From: a virus
Taxonomy: Duplodnaviria; Caudoviricetes
IMG/VR virus record: IMGVR_UViG_3300043811_000231
Location: 1-60,527 of that record
Strand: one strand, 5' to 3'
Length of the DNA stretch: 60,527 bases
Shown here piece after piece: positions 40,835 to 50,600 of this stretch. Position 1 is the stretch's first letter. Each line of letters starts with the position of its first letter. The position numbers and the translations under genes were made by a program. The notes under the pieces were generated by a model, which saw nothing but the letters and a program-made list of their open reading frames with translations, searched no databases and was not told where the DNA came from.

Positions 40835-42767
40835 TGTGATTCTCGACAGTGAAAGTGACTGGAGCGAAGAAGTGTCCATTCGTCTCATGTGCATGAAAAA
40901 GTACATGTCCCTTTCGAAGACGTACCTTTGGTCAGTCGTTACGGACGGGTATCAGTGGGTTGGGACGCCGAACGAATTCCGTGAAAATTACGCAGCCCGA
41001 GCCATTGTTTGTGACAAAAATTCAAACTTGTGGGCCGTCAATTCGAACTTTGACCAGGAGTGGTTTGAAAACAATTTCCCCGACCTTGCTCCACGGACGA
41101 ACCGATGGCAGTGCGTTTCTGACTACTCAGTTTATCACCAACGGCCGCGCGCTCTGGAGCACATGCACAAAGCTCTTACTGGAAAAACGAAGTCGAAGGT
41201 GGAGCGCAAACAGATGAAAGGAGTTGATTTCCACGAAGTTTTTCCGTTCGAACAGGACCACATGAAAGCGTACAATTTGGACGACGGTGTGGTGGCGCTG
41301 GAAGACCTGAAGGCGTTGCGCCAGCTCGGGCCAATGTCAGCAACGGAGGTTTCTGTAGCCTCTCACACGCGCATGCTCTGCCGTCGCGGCATCGCTTATG
41401 ATCCTGAGTACATTGAAAAATGTCGTCAGCAGCTCGAATGGATCCGGCACAGCGTGAGGCAGGAGCTGCCTTGGTACGCCAAAGGCGAAAAACCCATGGC
41501 CGTGCAGGCGTTCAATACCTACTGTTGCTCTCACGGTATCGCGCCGCCCGCCAACCTCCGCAAAGGCGATGAAGACTTTACGGACTGGATGGCAGCCAAC
41601 CCAAAACTGGCTCCCGTGCTCAAAGCTCGCCAGCGATACGAGCTTGCTAATCGAAAGCTCCAGCATATCGATAAATTTCTCTCCCGTTGCTATGAAGGAA
41701 TCTATTACCCGGACTTACTCTACTGTGGGGCGCCGCACACGCGCCGATGGTCCGCCAAAGGCAGCTCTGACGGATCGCAAACCGACGAAGACGCCACCCA
41801 CTCCGGCTTCAACATCCAGAACATGGACAGGGAGCCGATCTTTGGCGACCTCCTACCGGACTTTATTTCTCCACTTCCACCGACAAAAAGCGGCAAGCCG
41901 CTTCCCGGCATATTCGTCCGCAATTTCCTCGTACCGCGACCCGGCAAAAAATTTATAGTTCTCGACTTCAGCCAAATCGAACCGCGGTGCCTGGCGTGGC
42001 TGGTAGGCGCAGAGGACTTTCTAGACATGGTGCGAAAAGGGTACTCGGTGTACGAAGCTCACGCCCGGGCGCGCCTTGGTTGGGCCGGTGGCGATCTGAA
42101 AACTGAAAACGCCGATCTCTACCGTATGGCCAAGGCTCAAGTGCTGGGCCTCGGGTACGGCTGCGGCGTGGTCAAGTTTCCGGCCGTGGCCTGGTCAATG
42201 GCTCGGCTGCGGATCAATCACGAAGAGTCGGAAAAAGCCGTGTACGGCTACCGCAACGACAACCCACTGATCGCCGGCCGCGGGTATAACGGAGGCCCGG
42301 TGGGCATCTGGGCACGCCTGCAGCAGCTCTGCATCGCTTCATCGCAAGGCACCGATCCGCTGGAAGTGCAGCTACCCAATGGCGAAACGATGCGGTACTT
42401 CAACGTGCAGCAGTACACCCGCTACGACGAACAGGGGAACGGCAAGTTCTGCTACAAAGCCGACAAAATCCTGGGCGACCCAGATCCCCGCGGCGCCAAA
42501 GATATTTACGGTGGCCGGTTGACGGAGAATGTGACGCAGCGCATGGCCCGGGATCTTCTGGCGGAAGCCGTGCTTCGGATCGAGCGCGCCGGCATGCCGG
42601 TGTGCTTCCACGCCCACGACGAATTGATTGCGGAGGTTGACGCCTCGAACGCTGCGGAGGCGCTGGTGGAGGCGAAGCGGCTCATGGAAATCGTGCCGGA
42701 CTGGGCGCACGGCCTTCCGGTGGGTGCGAGCGGCGGTGTTTATGACCGCTACTGTAAGGCTGAGTGA
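40821..42767 (+). CDS. DNA polymerase family A
   Basis: Exo DSE and NSNFD; NIQN, motif A DFSQIE, motif B KAQVLGLGYG, motif C HAHDE; GGAGG upstream. Confidence 0.93.
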   Translation: MARRDVILDSESDWSEEVSIRLMCMKKYMSLSKTYLWSVVTDGYQWVGTPNEFRENYAARAIVCDKNSNLWAVNSNFDQEWFENNFPDLAPRTNRWQCVSDYSVYHQRPRALEHMHKALTGKTKSKVERKQMKGVDFHEVFPFEQDHMKAYNLDDGVVALEDLKALRQLGPMSATEVSVASHTRMLCRRGIAYDPEYIEKCRQQLEWIRHSVRQELPWYAKGEKPMAVQAFNTYCCSHGIAPPANLRKGDEDFTDWMAANPKLAPVLKARQRYELANRKLQHIDKFLSRCYEGIYYPDLLYCGAPHTRRWSAKGSSDGSQTDEDATHSGFNIQNMDREPIFGDLLPDFISPLPPTKSGKPLPGIFVRNFLVPRPGKKFIVLDFSQIEPRCLAWLVGAEDFLDMVRKGYSVYEAHARARLGWAGGDLKTENADLYRMAKAQVLGLGYGCGVVKFPAVAWSMARLRINHEESEKAVYGYRNDNPLIAGRGYNGGPVGIWARLQQLCIASSQGTDPLEVQLPNGETMRYFNVQQYTRYDEQGNGKFCYKADKILGDPDPRGAKDIYGGRLTENVTQRMARDLLAEAVLRIERAGMPVCFHAHDELIAEVDASNAAEALVEAKRLMEIVPDWAHGLPVGASGGVYDRYCKAE

Positions 42768-42770
42768 CTT

Positions 42771-43214
42771 ATGCAAAATTTCGAACAACGGTTTTGGGTG
42801 AAAGTTAAAAAGATTCCTGGTGGATGCTGGAACTGGTTGGCGTTTAAGTACCAGGGATACGGCCGATTTGGAATGGACACAGCTGCTGGCTATCGAATGC
42901 GCGGCGCGCACGTTGTGGCATACGAGCTTTTGATTGGTCCAGTTCCTAAAGGAAAAGTGCTGGATCACACTTGTCGCAATCGGGGTTGTGTAAATCCAGA
43001 GCACCTTGAGCCCAAAACCAACGTAGAAAACGTAATGATCGGGAAAGGAGCGTGTGCGGTGCACGCTCGCGCAACGCACTGCATCCACGGCCATCCACTA
43101 TCAGGGTCTAATTTAATGATTCGAAAGCAGGGAGGGCGGTGGTGCCGACTCTGCGGAAATCGACGCATGCGCGAATACCGCGTTCGGTTGAAGTGTGTAA
43201 AAATTTCCAACTAA
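42771..43214 (+). CDS. HNH homing endonuclease
   Basis: RFW.KV..CWNW..GYG, LDHTCRNRGCVNPEHL, THCIHGH. Confidence 0.92.
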   Translation: MQNFEQRFWVKVKKIPGGCWNWLAFKYQGYGRFGMDTAAGYRMRGAHVVAYELLIGPVPKGKVLDHTCRNRGCVNPEHLEPKTNVENVMIGKGACAVHARATHCIHGHPLSGSNLMIRKQGGRWCRLCGNRRMREYRVRLKCVKISN

Positions 43215-43414
43215 GCAACATTTATTTCTGTGAACAATAAGTTGACACCAAAGCAAGTTTCGTTCATTCGTCGAAGCAGTGAATCCGACTCTGCGCTTGC
43301 CATGCGATACCGCGTTTCTCGATCAGCCGTGCTTCGTGCTCGGATTGGGCGCACTTTCCGATTCGTAAAAACATTACCCGAGAGGAAATCTTTACATTTT
43401 GGAAAATCATTTCT

Positions 43415-43813
43415 ATGAACACTAACGGCACCCCCGAAAGCGCAAACGCACACCAGTTTGTGAGAATGGAGAAAACGGAACTCCTTTCTGTTTTGGAAAA
43501 AGCGTATGCGGACGCCAAGCCGATCAATGATTCGATCGTGGACATCAGTCTGCGCGTCCAAGCCATCACCGCGGAGATTTACCGTCGTTCGATCATCAAA
43601 CATCTGCCCGGCATTCCCGTAGGGCGCCGCCGCACCATCATGAAGGTGGACACGCGCGTTCATCCGAACAAAGGGCTGCCGGCGATCGTGCAGCGCATCG
43701 CGCAGCTTCAGCAGGAGAACATCGAAATCACCGCCGTCGAGTACGACGAAAACACTGGGGAATATTCATTTTTCACAGACCCTGAATTCAACATCGAGGA
43801 ACCCAAATCATGA
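43415..43813 (+). CDS. Hypothetical protein
   Basis: Operon context. Confidence 0.55.
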   Translation: MNTNGTPESANAHQFVRMEKTELLSVLEKAYADAKPINDSIVDISLRVQAITAEIYRRSIIKHLPGIPVGRRRTIMKVDTRVHPNKGLPAIVQRIAQLQQENIEITAVEYDENTGEYSFFTDPEFNIEEPKS

Positions 43814-44130
43814 TGAACAGCGAACTGATGGTTTACTGGCTTCGCGCCATGGTCCAAGCAATGCCGCCGGGTGGAAAAAAACGAGCGGCCGTCATGCTCG
43901 GGCTCTCGCCTTCCGGCTTTTCCAAGCTGCTCAACAACGCCGAGCGCGGCTTTGATGAGAAAACGCTCAAAGCCGTGGCATGGGTCGAGAACTCCAAAGC
44001 CCACAAATATCCCGAGGCGCAATTCCCCATTACCAACCGCATGACGATTGGCCCCATCATCGTCGAAATGCGCAAAGGCGCAGGCGGAGAAGAATTTCCC
44101 GTATGGCGGCTTGCCCCAAAACAGCAGTGA
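43810..44130 (+). CDS. HTH DNA-binding protein
   Basis: KKRAAVMLGLSPSGFSKLLN helix-turn-helix. Confidence 0.6.
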   Translation: MMNSELMVYWLRAMVQAMPPGGKKRAAVMLGLSPSGFSKLLNNAERGFDEKTLKAVAWVENSKAHKYPEAQFPITNRMTIGPIIVEMRKGAGGEEFPVWRLAPKQQ

Positions 44131-45113
44131 TTTACTACAACGAAAACGATCCCAAAGCAGCAGCATGGCTCCAAGCTCTTATAGACGCTAGGGAGATTGG
44201 TTTTGGCGTTGTGGACAAACGCAGTATTTGTGACGTTCAACCCAATGAGCTTTCCGGATTCGATCAACACCACTTCTTCGCCGGAATCGGCGGCTGGCCT
44301 CTCGCCCTTCGAATTGCGGGTTGGCCTGACGATAAACCGGTTGCCACTGGGAGCTGCCCATGCCAGCCGTTTTCTACTGCCGGAAAACGAAAAGGCGTTG
44401 CTGATTCGCGCCATCTTTGGCCGCAGTTTTTCCGACTCATTCAAGAGCGAAAATTTCCAGTTGTCTTTGGAGAACAGGTTGCGAGCAAGGATGGCCGCAT
44501 TTGGCTCGCCGGAGTACGAGCTGACCTGGAAAACGTGGGATATGCCGTCGGGGCCGCCGATCTGTGCGCTGCGGGCGTCGGCGCGCCGAACATCAGGCAG
44601 CGGCTTTATTGGGTGGCCGACTCCAACGTGTCCAGTGATAACCAACGGCCACCAAGCGGGAAACAACCGATATGTGACCGGGTGCGTCAAAGCGTTGATA
44701 GGCTGGAGCACACCAAAAGCGAGCGACTGCCAAGGAGGCCGGACAACAGAGACCGAGGGCGGAGGGAATGCGCATCTGGACCGGCAGGCGAGGATGCAAC
44801 TGCTCGGCTGGGCCACTCCACGGGCCAGGGACTACAAGAACAACGGAGTGAGTATCGCCCGGGCGGCGAAGGGTGTGGCGGATTCGTTGGATTTGCAGTG
44901 CAAGTTGGTGTGCCGGAATGGAACGGAAGGACCGTCGCCCTTGAGTGCCAGGATGGATACCGGCGCGCCTCCGCTCAATCCGGCGCATTCCCGGTGGCTT
45001 ATGGGCTACCCAAGCGCATGGGACGACTGCGGGGTTACGGCAATGCAATCAATCCGTACCTCGCGGCGCAGTTCATCCAAGCCTCTGAAGAAGCAAGACT
45101 CTGTATAGAATGA
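44127..45113 (+). CDS. C5 cytosine DNA methyltransferase, alpha (catalytic) chain
   Basis: Motif I FFAGIGG, IV GSCPCQPFS, VI GEQV, VIII RQRLYW, X RLRGYGNAI; no motif IX in this frame. Confidence 0.88.
   Translation: MIYYNENDPKAAAWLQALIDAREIGFGVVDKRSICDVQPNELSGFDQHHFFAGIGGWPLALRIAGWPDDKPVATGSCPCQPFSTAGKRKGVADSRHLWPQFFRLIQERKFPVVFGEQVASKDGRIWLAGVRADLENVGYAVGAADLCAAGVGAPNIRQRLYWVADSNVSSDNQRPPSGKQPICDRVRQSVDRLEHTKSERLPRRPDNRDRGRRECASGPAGEDATARLGHSTGQGLQEQRSEYRPGGEGCGGFVGFAVQVGVPEWNGRTVALECQDGYRRASAQSGAFPVAYGLPKRMGRLRGYGNAINPYLAAQFIQASEEARLCIE
44245..45108 (+). CDS. C5 methyltransferase beta chain in overlapping +1 frame (TRD repeats plus motif IX); start uncertain
   Basis: Three G-W-x-T-P modules and LNPAHSRWLMGYPSAW, nested within the alpha gene. 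Confidence 0.75.
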   Translation: MSFPDSINTTSSPESAAGLSPFELRVGLTINRLPLGAAHASRFLLPENEKALLIRAIFGRSFSDSFKSENFQLSLENRLRARMAAFGSPEYELTWKTWDMPSGPPICALRASARRTSGSGFIGWPTPTCPVITNGHQAGNNRYVTGCVKALIGWSTPKASDCQGGRTTETEGGGNAHLDRQARMQLLGWATPRARDYKNNGVSIARAAKGVADSLDLQCKLVCRNGTEGPSPLSARMDTGAPPLNPAHSRWLMGYPSAWDDCGVTAMQSIRTSRRSSSKPLKKQDSV

Positions 45114-45673
45114 AAATCCTTGCTATAGATCCCGGGCTCTCAGGAGCGGTGGTTTTGCTTGGTCCCGGCGAGCTACAGGTTCGCACAGACTTCAAGCACA
45201 TTGAAGACCTGACACGCGCTATCGATGAATTTGCACCAAGCGCGAGCCACGCGGTGGTCGAGCTTGTAGCCGCGCGTCCTGGGCAGGGTGTGAGCTCCAT
45301 GTTTACCTTCGGAATGTCGGCCGGCGTGGCGCTCGGATCGCTCCACTCGAACGGATTCTCCGCCTACGACAAACGGAAGAAAAAACTGGTCGAGGTGGCG
45401 CCACAGAAATGGCAGCGCTACTTCCGAGAGCTTGAAACTGAACTCGATAAAAGTTTTGGGGATGCTCGACTGCCCTTCGATAGTAAAGCCGTGGCTCGTA
45501 GGTTGCTCAGCCACTCTGCCGAGTTTCTCGAACGCGCCAAAGACCACAACACCGCTGACGCTCTGCTCATGGCTCTCTGGTACGTGTGTACCGCGCCCGA
45601 ACTGGGCAGCTTACGGGAACGGGATAAAATGCGGATGCCGTGGCTGCAAAAACGCTTCAATCAGCCGATTTGA
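45110..45673 (+). CDS. RuvC-like Holliday junction resolvase
   Basis: LAIDPGLSGA, VVE, QGVSSMFTFG, ADALL. Confidence 0.88.
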   Translation: MKILAIDPGLSGAVVLLGPGELQVRTDFKHIEDLTRAIDEFAPSASHAVVELVAARPGQGVSSMFTFGMSAGVALGSLHSNGFSAYDKRKKKLVEVAPQKWQRYFRELETELDKSFGDARLPFDSKAVARRLLSHSAEFLERAKDHNTADALLMALWYVCTAPELGSLRERDKMRMPWLQKRFNQPI

Positions 45674-45687
45674 CGTTGAGAAAATAA

Positions 45688-45703
45688 TTGACAGATGGAA
45701 AGT
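45688..45703 (+). promoter_or_regulatory. Phage promoter motif TTGACAGATGGAAAGT
   Basis: Exact 16-nt match to 20177-20192. Confidence 0.65.
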
Positions 45704-45726
45704 TTTTACGAAGCTGGCACTCACTT

Positions 45727-46434
45727 ATGAAACAACTGCCTTTTGGTATTATCTTCGGCGGCACGCTTCCGGCAGTCGCCGTCTTATCCTCCACCAAGAC
45801 CACGATTTCCGGCACCGTTACCCAATTCAATGCGTGGATCGCGGAGATCAACACGAACTTCGCCAATTACGGTTACGCTTCGACGCCTAACCTTCCTCTC
45901 CTTCCGACCATCCCCACTCCCGGTTCCACGGCTCCCAACGGCATTGCCTATTTCCAATCGACGCCGCCCGGCGGCACGAGCCTCGGAAGTGGGCCGGCAT
46001 CAAGCTTCCTCCTCATCGACGCCTTCACGAGCAATGGGTACAGCGATCCAAGCGGTGCGCTCGACACGCTGACGGCCGATGCCACGCTGCTCAGTCTGGC
46101 CATAGCCAGGGCCTCCCTGTCCACCGCCGCACCCGTCGCCATCACGGTCCAGCCGACCAACCAGTCGATCGCCCACAATGCCGCCGGCGCAATCGCGCTC
46201 ACGGCCACAGGAACCGGTGCTCTTTTCACGTGGCTTGTGAATCTGCCCAACACGACTGGCTTCCAGCTCTGCACCACGGCAGACGGCGTGCTCTCGACCA
46301 TCAACACGGCCTCCCTCACTATCACCAATCCGCCTCTGGCTAAATACAACGGTGCCAAGTTCGCCTGTATCGTTGATTCGGCTGCCGGCGGTCAGCGCCT
46401 CTGGTCCACGGTTGTCACCCTCACGGTCACTTGA
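45727..46434 (+). CDS. Ig-like domain protein (possible capsid decoration)
   Basis: C-terminal ITVQPTNQS...W...LTIT...NGAKFACIV...LTV I-set pattern; shares promoter motif with capsid gene. Confidence 0.7.
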   Translation: MKQLPFGIIFGGTLPAVAVLSSTKTTISGTVTQFNAWIAEINTNFANYGYASTPNLPLLPTIPTPGSTAPNGIAYFQSTPPGGTSLGSGPASSFLLIDAFTSNGYSDPSGALDTLTADATLLSLAIARASLSTAAPVAITVQPTNQSIAHNAAGAIALTATGTGALFTWLVNLPNTTGFQLCTTADGVLSTINTASLTITNPPLAKYNGAKFACIVDSAAGGQRLWSTVVTLTVT

Positions 46435-46460
46435 CCGGCCGACTGGCCTTTGTTTCAAGG

Positions 46461-46496
46461 AAAACCCCGGAGCTCTGTGCTTCGGGGTTTTTATTT
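46461..46496 (+). terminator. Intrinsic terminator
   Basis: AAAACCCCGGAGC-loop-GCTTCGGGGTTTT then TATTT. Confidence 0.8.
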
Positions 46497-46537
46497 GCAA
46501 AACCAACCCAACTCTGAAAATAGTCTCTTACATACCG

Positions 46538-47608
46538 ATGAAAACCAAACTCTTCAGCTTCCTCAGTCTCTTCGTGGCCCTCACTTTTGGCCTCTTTTCT
46601 CCCACTTATGCTGCCGTCACAACCGGCATCACCCAGCCGATTTCGGTGCCGTACAACAACCCCACGCTTACCACGTTCACCATCCCGGCTGTCAATCCGA
46701 ACAACTACCTACTCCGCGGAGACGGCTCTCTGGTATCCGGTTCGGATCTTGCCGCCGTAATTTCCGGCGGTGGGAGTGGCGTTACCGGCTCCGGGTTGGC
46801 AGTTTTTCAAACGGCCCCCACGATCATCACACCTGTAATTTCCACAGGTTTGACGGCATCCGGTTCAGCTGCGAATGATTTTTCGGCTTCCACCGGTGCC
46901 TTTAAAGCATCGTCTGGAGCAACTACGTTGCCCAATCTCACGAGCAACGGCCTTGTTACCACCAGCGGAGGCACCGGTCTATTGTCTGTGACGGCCACGA
47001 CGGGCTCAGGAAGCGCCGTTTTGGCCACAAGCCCTACGTTGGTAACTCCGACCCTCGGAGCCGCATCGGCCACCAGCATCGCCGTCAACGGCGGCATTGC
47101 ACAGCATCTCGTGATCAACACGTCCACGTCGGGCCAGACGCCCGCAGCCACCACCAGGACGTACATTACAGGCTCGGCAATCGCCATCCCGGCGACCGGT
47201 CTTCAAGTCGGCACCGTGCTCCATTGGCATTTCGACATGACGAAAACTGCTGCCGGGTCTGCTTCCAGTACGATCGACATCGCCTTTGGAACCGCCGGCA
47301 CCACGGCTGACACGGCGCAAGTTTCCTTCACCAAACCCGCCGGCACGGCCGCATCCGACGAAGCGTTTTGCGAAGTCGAGTGTGTCATCAAGACCATCAA
47401 TGCTTCGACCGGCGTGGCCATTGGTGAATTCACCATGGGCCATAATTTATCAGCCACCGGTCACGCCACTATTCCTTTCGTGGCGGTGAACACCACTTCA
47501 GGCTCGTTCAACACGGTTTCGCCAACCTTTGTTGGCCTGTGTATCACGACCGGCGCCTCCGACGCCATCACGATCAACCAGGTCAGTTCGTACGCGCTGA
47601 ATATGTAA
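46538..47608 (+). CDS. Fibre-like protein with N-terminal signal peptide
   Basis: MKTKLFSFLSLFVALTFGLFSPTYA-A; fibre motifs LLRGDGS and TGSGSAVLATSPTLVTPTLG. Confidence 0.75.
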   Translation: MKTKLFSFLSLFVALTFGLFSPTYAAVTTGITQPISVPYNNPTLTTFTIPAVNPNNYLLRGDGSLVSGSDLAAVISGGGSGVTGSGLAVFQTAPTIITPVISTGLTASGSAANDFSASTGAFKASSGATTLPNLTSNGLVTTSGGTGLLSVTATTGSGSAVLATSPTLVTPTLGAASATSIAVNGGIAQHLVINTSTSGQTPAATTRTYITGSAIAIPATGLQVGTVLHWHFDMTKTAAGSASSTIDIAFGTAGTTADTAQVSFTKPAGTAASDEAFCEVECVIKTINASTGVAIGEFTMGHNLSATGHATIPFVAVNTTSGSFNTVSPTFVGLCITTGASDAITINQVSSYALNM

Positions 47609-47642
47609 TTTGGGGTCAGTTGTTCTTTACATCGCATGGACT

Positions 47643-47672
47643 AAAAGTCCGGGTTAAAAGCCCGGACTTTTT
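47643..47672. terminator. Bidirectional intrinsic terminator between convergent modules
   Basis: AAAAGTCCGGG-loop-CCCGGACTTTT. Confidence 0.85.
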
Positions 47673-50600
47673 AGTGCGCGTAGAGCAACGTCCTGACCTG
47701 CGGCACCAAGGCACGACGCTCAGAAATCGCCTGCTGGTAAAGCTGCTGCTGGCTCGAATCAAGAGTGCGTTTGAAAGCAACTTCTCGTGCCACACTGCCG
47801 GTGAAGGGCGACTTTGACGCGGCGTCCTTCAAAAAATACTGCATGATTTCGCGTTTGGCAATCGCCTGCTTTGTGGCGTCAGTGATATTTCCCGGGATCT
47901 GCTCTGCCTTGGCTTGAATCAACTGTTGCAGCGTATCCTTGGCTTTCTCCACATCGTTTTCGCGCAGTGCCGTCGTCAAGGCGCTGTACTGGCTAGGTTG
48001 ATCGAAACCACCGCCTCCGCGGGCAATCCCAAGGGATTCGGTATAACGGCCTGCAGCCGCCCTGATCTGTTGTTCCGGAGATTGCACGGCCGCTTCCTTG
48101 ACGCCCACGGCGTTCTCCAACGGCCGAGCGGCGCCTTTGAGCAAAGCTTCCCCCACGTCTCCAAAATTTCCATTTTTTAAATCGGTCATGACCCCTGGGC
48201 CGCTTTTGTCCTGAGTAACCCCCTGAATCGCATTTCCGACCAAAGGATTGAGCTGTTTGACGGCCGCAATCGCGTTCTGGGCGAGCTGGCTGCCCCCCGG
48301 GCCTGCCGGAGATGCCTGCTTGTAGAACGACGCATTGTAACCGGTACCGAGTGTCACGCCGGCATTGACCAACGGCCCGGCATAAGGATGAAGAAACCCG
48401 CCAATGATGTCCTGGCCGGCATTGTCGATAATCTTGCCCGAACTCTCGCCGCGCATCAGCCCGGAAGCCACCGCGTTCGCCCCCGTCAGACGCATTCCGC
48501 GCCGCACGCCGGTCCATTGTTGCGGATCAACGATGATCGCTTTGCCGTTGGCTGCGGTCTTGCCGGTATCGATGGCTCCCAACGGTACTCCAGTGCGCCC
48601 GAATGGCTTTCCGTTGATTGCGTAGTTGATTGCCATCGGCACTGCAAAAAGACCGGTCACAAGTGTCCCAAGTTCAGCTGCACGCATTTTGATAGCGGCA
48701 CTGGTTGACGCGGCCGTGACGCCAGGACTGCCGGTGACGCGGCGAAGCGCCTGCCGGTTGAAACTCTGGCCTGCCACCACAAAGGGAGAAACGCCCCAAT
48801 CCTTAAGACGTGCGGAGATTTGCCCCTGGAGCCGTGGGTTATACTGGCCGACCTGGTTGATAAATTCACGGCGCGCGGCTTCCGAATCCTTGGCCCAGCC
48901 GCGGGCCACCATGTTGTCGTACATGTCGTTTCTCACCAAACGTGCGGCCTTGTCCACCAAATGGATCAAGCGGCCCGTTGCCGACGTGCTTTCGAACGGC
49001 GCGCGTCCGGCGCCCGTCTGCGCCAATTTTGCAATGTCAGCGCGAACCTCGGCCGAATCAGCCACAACGCTTGCGGCGCGAGAGGAAATTCGAGTAAGCG
49101 CGTCCACGATGTTCACGCCGGGGAGCCGGCGCGCCAAATCGCTGACCACGGATTTTCCGCCGGGAGAGCCGGCAATCGACGTGATCAGGTTCATGACATG
49201 GAACACGGCATTGACCGGCCCCTTCAGCTGGATTTTATTCAGCACGTTCGAAATATGCGAAAGGGCGCCCGACTTGAATGTTTCGTCAAGATTCATCGCG
49301 CGCGTCACCTCCGGGTATACGCGCGGGTCCACGTACATGTTACGAATCAGCGTGCGGCCGGAACCACCGGGCAGTCCCTTTCGCTCGATTTGGATTTTGC
49401 GCGGCGTGCGTCCGTTGATTTCCGGAGGCTTTTCACCGGGCGGCACTACGGCGAGTCCGTCTTTCTGGAGTTGATCGTACATTTGGCGTTTCGCCGTCTC
49501 TTCAAAATTGCCCGTGATCATGCGCCGGGCGATTTTATTGTAGTCGGTTTCGTAGTTATCGGCCGTGCCGTACGCCTGCTTGGTGAAGGCTGATCCTTTT
49601 TTTAATGGCGCCGTGAGATCGCCCTTGCGGGTACCGGTGCCTTTCGGTCCCGAAATCGGTTCACCGGCTTCATCTTTGGGTTCGAGATTGACGAAGGCGC
49701 CGGTGTCGAGCCCGGGCTGCGCCACAGTGCCACCAAGGTCCGCGTGCTGCTTCTGTGCGATGGGTTGAACAATGTCTTTGTGCCGCTGAATCGCCTCCTG
49801 AATTTCCGGATCCTTCATGGCCGCGTCCAACTCGGCCTTGGTTTTGAACGGGGAGTCTTCCTTGCCGACGATTGACGTGACATTTTGGGCGTGCTGAAAA
49901 AATTCCTGAAAAGTTTCTTTGTCGCCGGCTGCAGCCGCTTTTCCAGCCTCACGAAGAAGTCCGGTTTTGATCGCTTGGAGACGGTCTTCCACTAAGACCG
50001 CGCCAAGCTTTTTGGCGAAGTCTTCGTCGTGAATGTGATCGCCGAGCACAACGCCGGCATGGGCGGCTGCGATTTCCGGACCTGCTTGTGCGGCCGAAGC
50101 ATAGCGCACAAGGGCGTTGCCGCTATCTTCCGAAAGGGCACTCGTACGCGGCGCGGATTCGCCGGCAATCTTTTTCAACATCCCACGAATTCCGGGCGAG
50201 TTATCCGTCAAAATTCCAGACTGCGCCGCTTCAGTTCGCGTGGCGGATCCCGGTGCCTGTGTGCTATCTTCAATCTGCTTTTGACCGCTACCGTTTCGAT
50301 AATCCGCCACGAAATCCTGAATGTCATCAGGCGTTGCCGTGCCCGCGGCCGTCCCCTCGCCGTGTAGCTCGCGCGCCGCACGAAATAGATTTTCAAGATG
50401 GGGTTGTACCGATTCACCGAACCGATCCATCATCTCCTTCGACCAATCCGTAAATTTGGTGATGCCGCGTTCGAGGGTAGCGGCTCCCTTCACAACGTAA
50501 GCTGCAAAAATCTGAGGGTCTATTGTATTCGTGGCACCCGTCCCAAACCCACGTTCCTTGATCACAGAATCCGCCCATTTTTCAGCGGCCGAGCCGGCGA

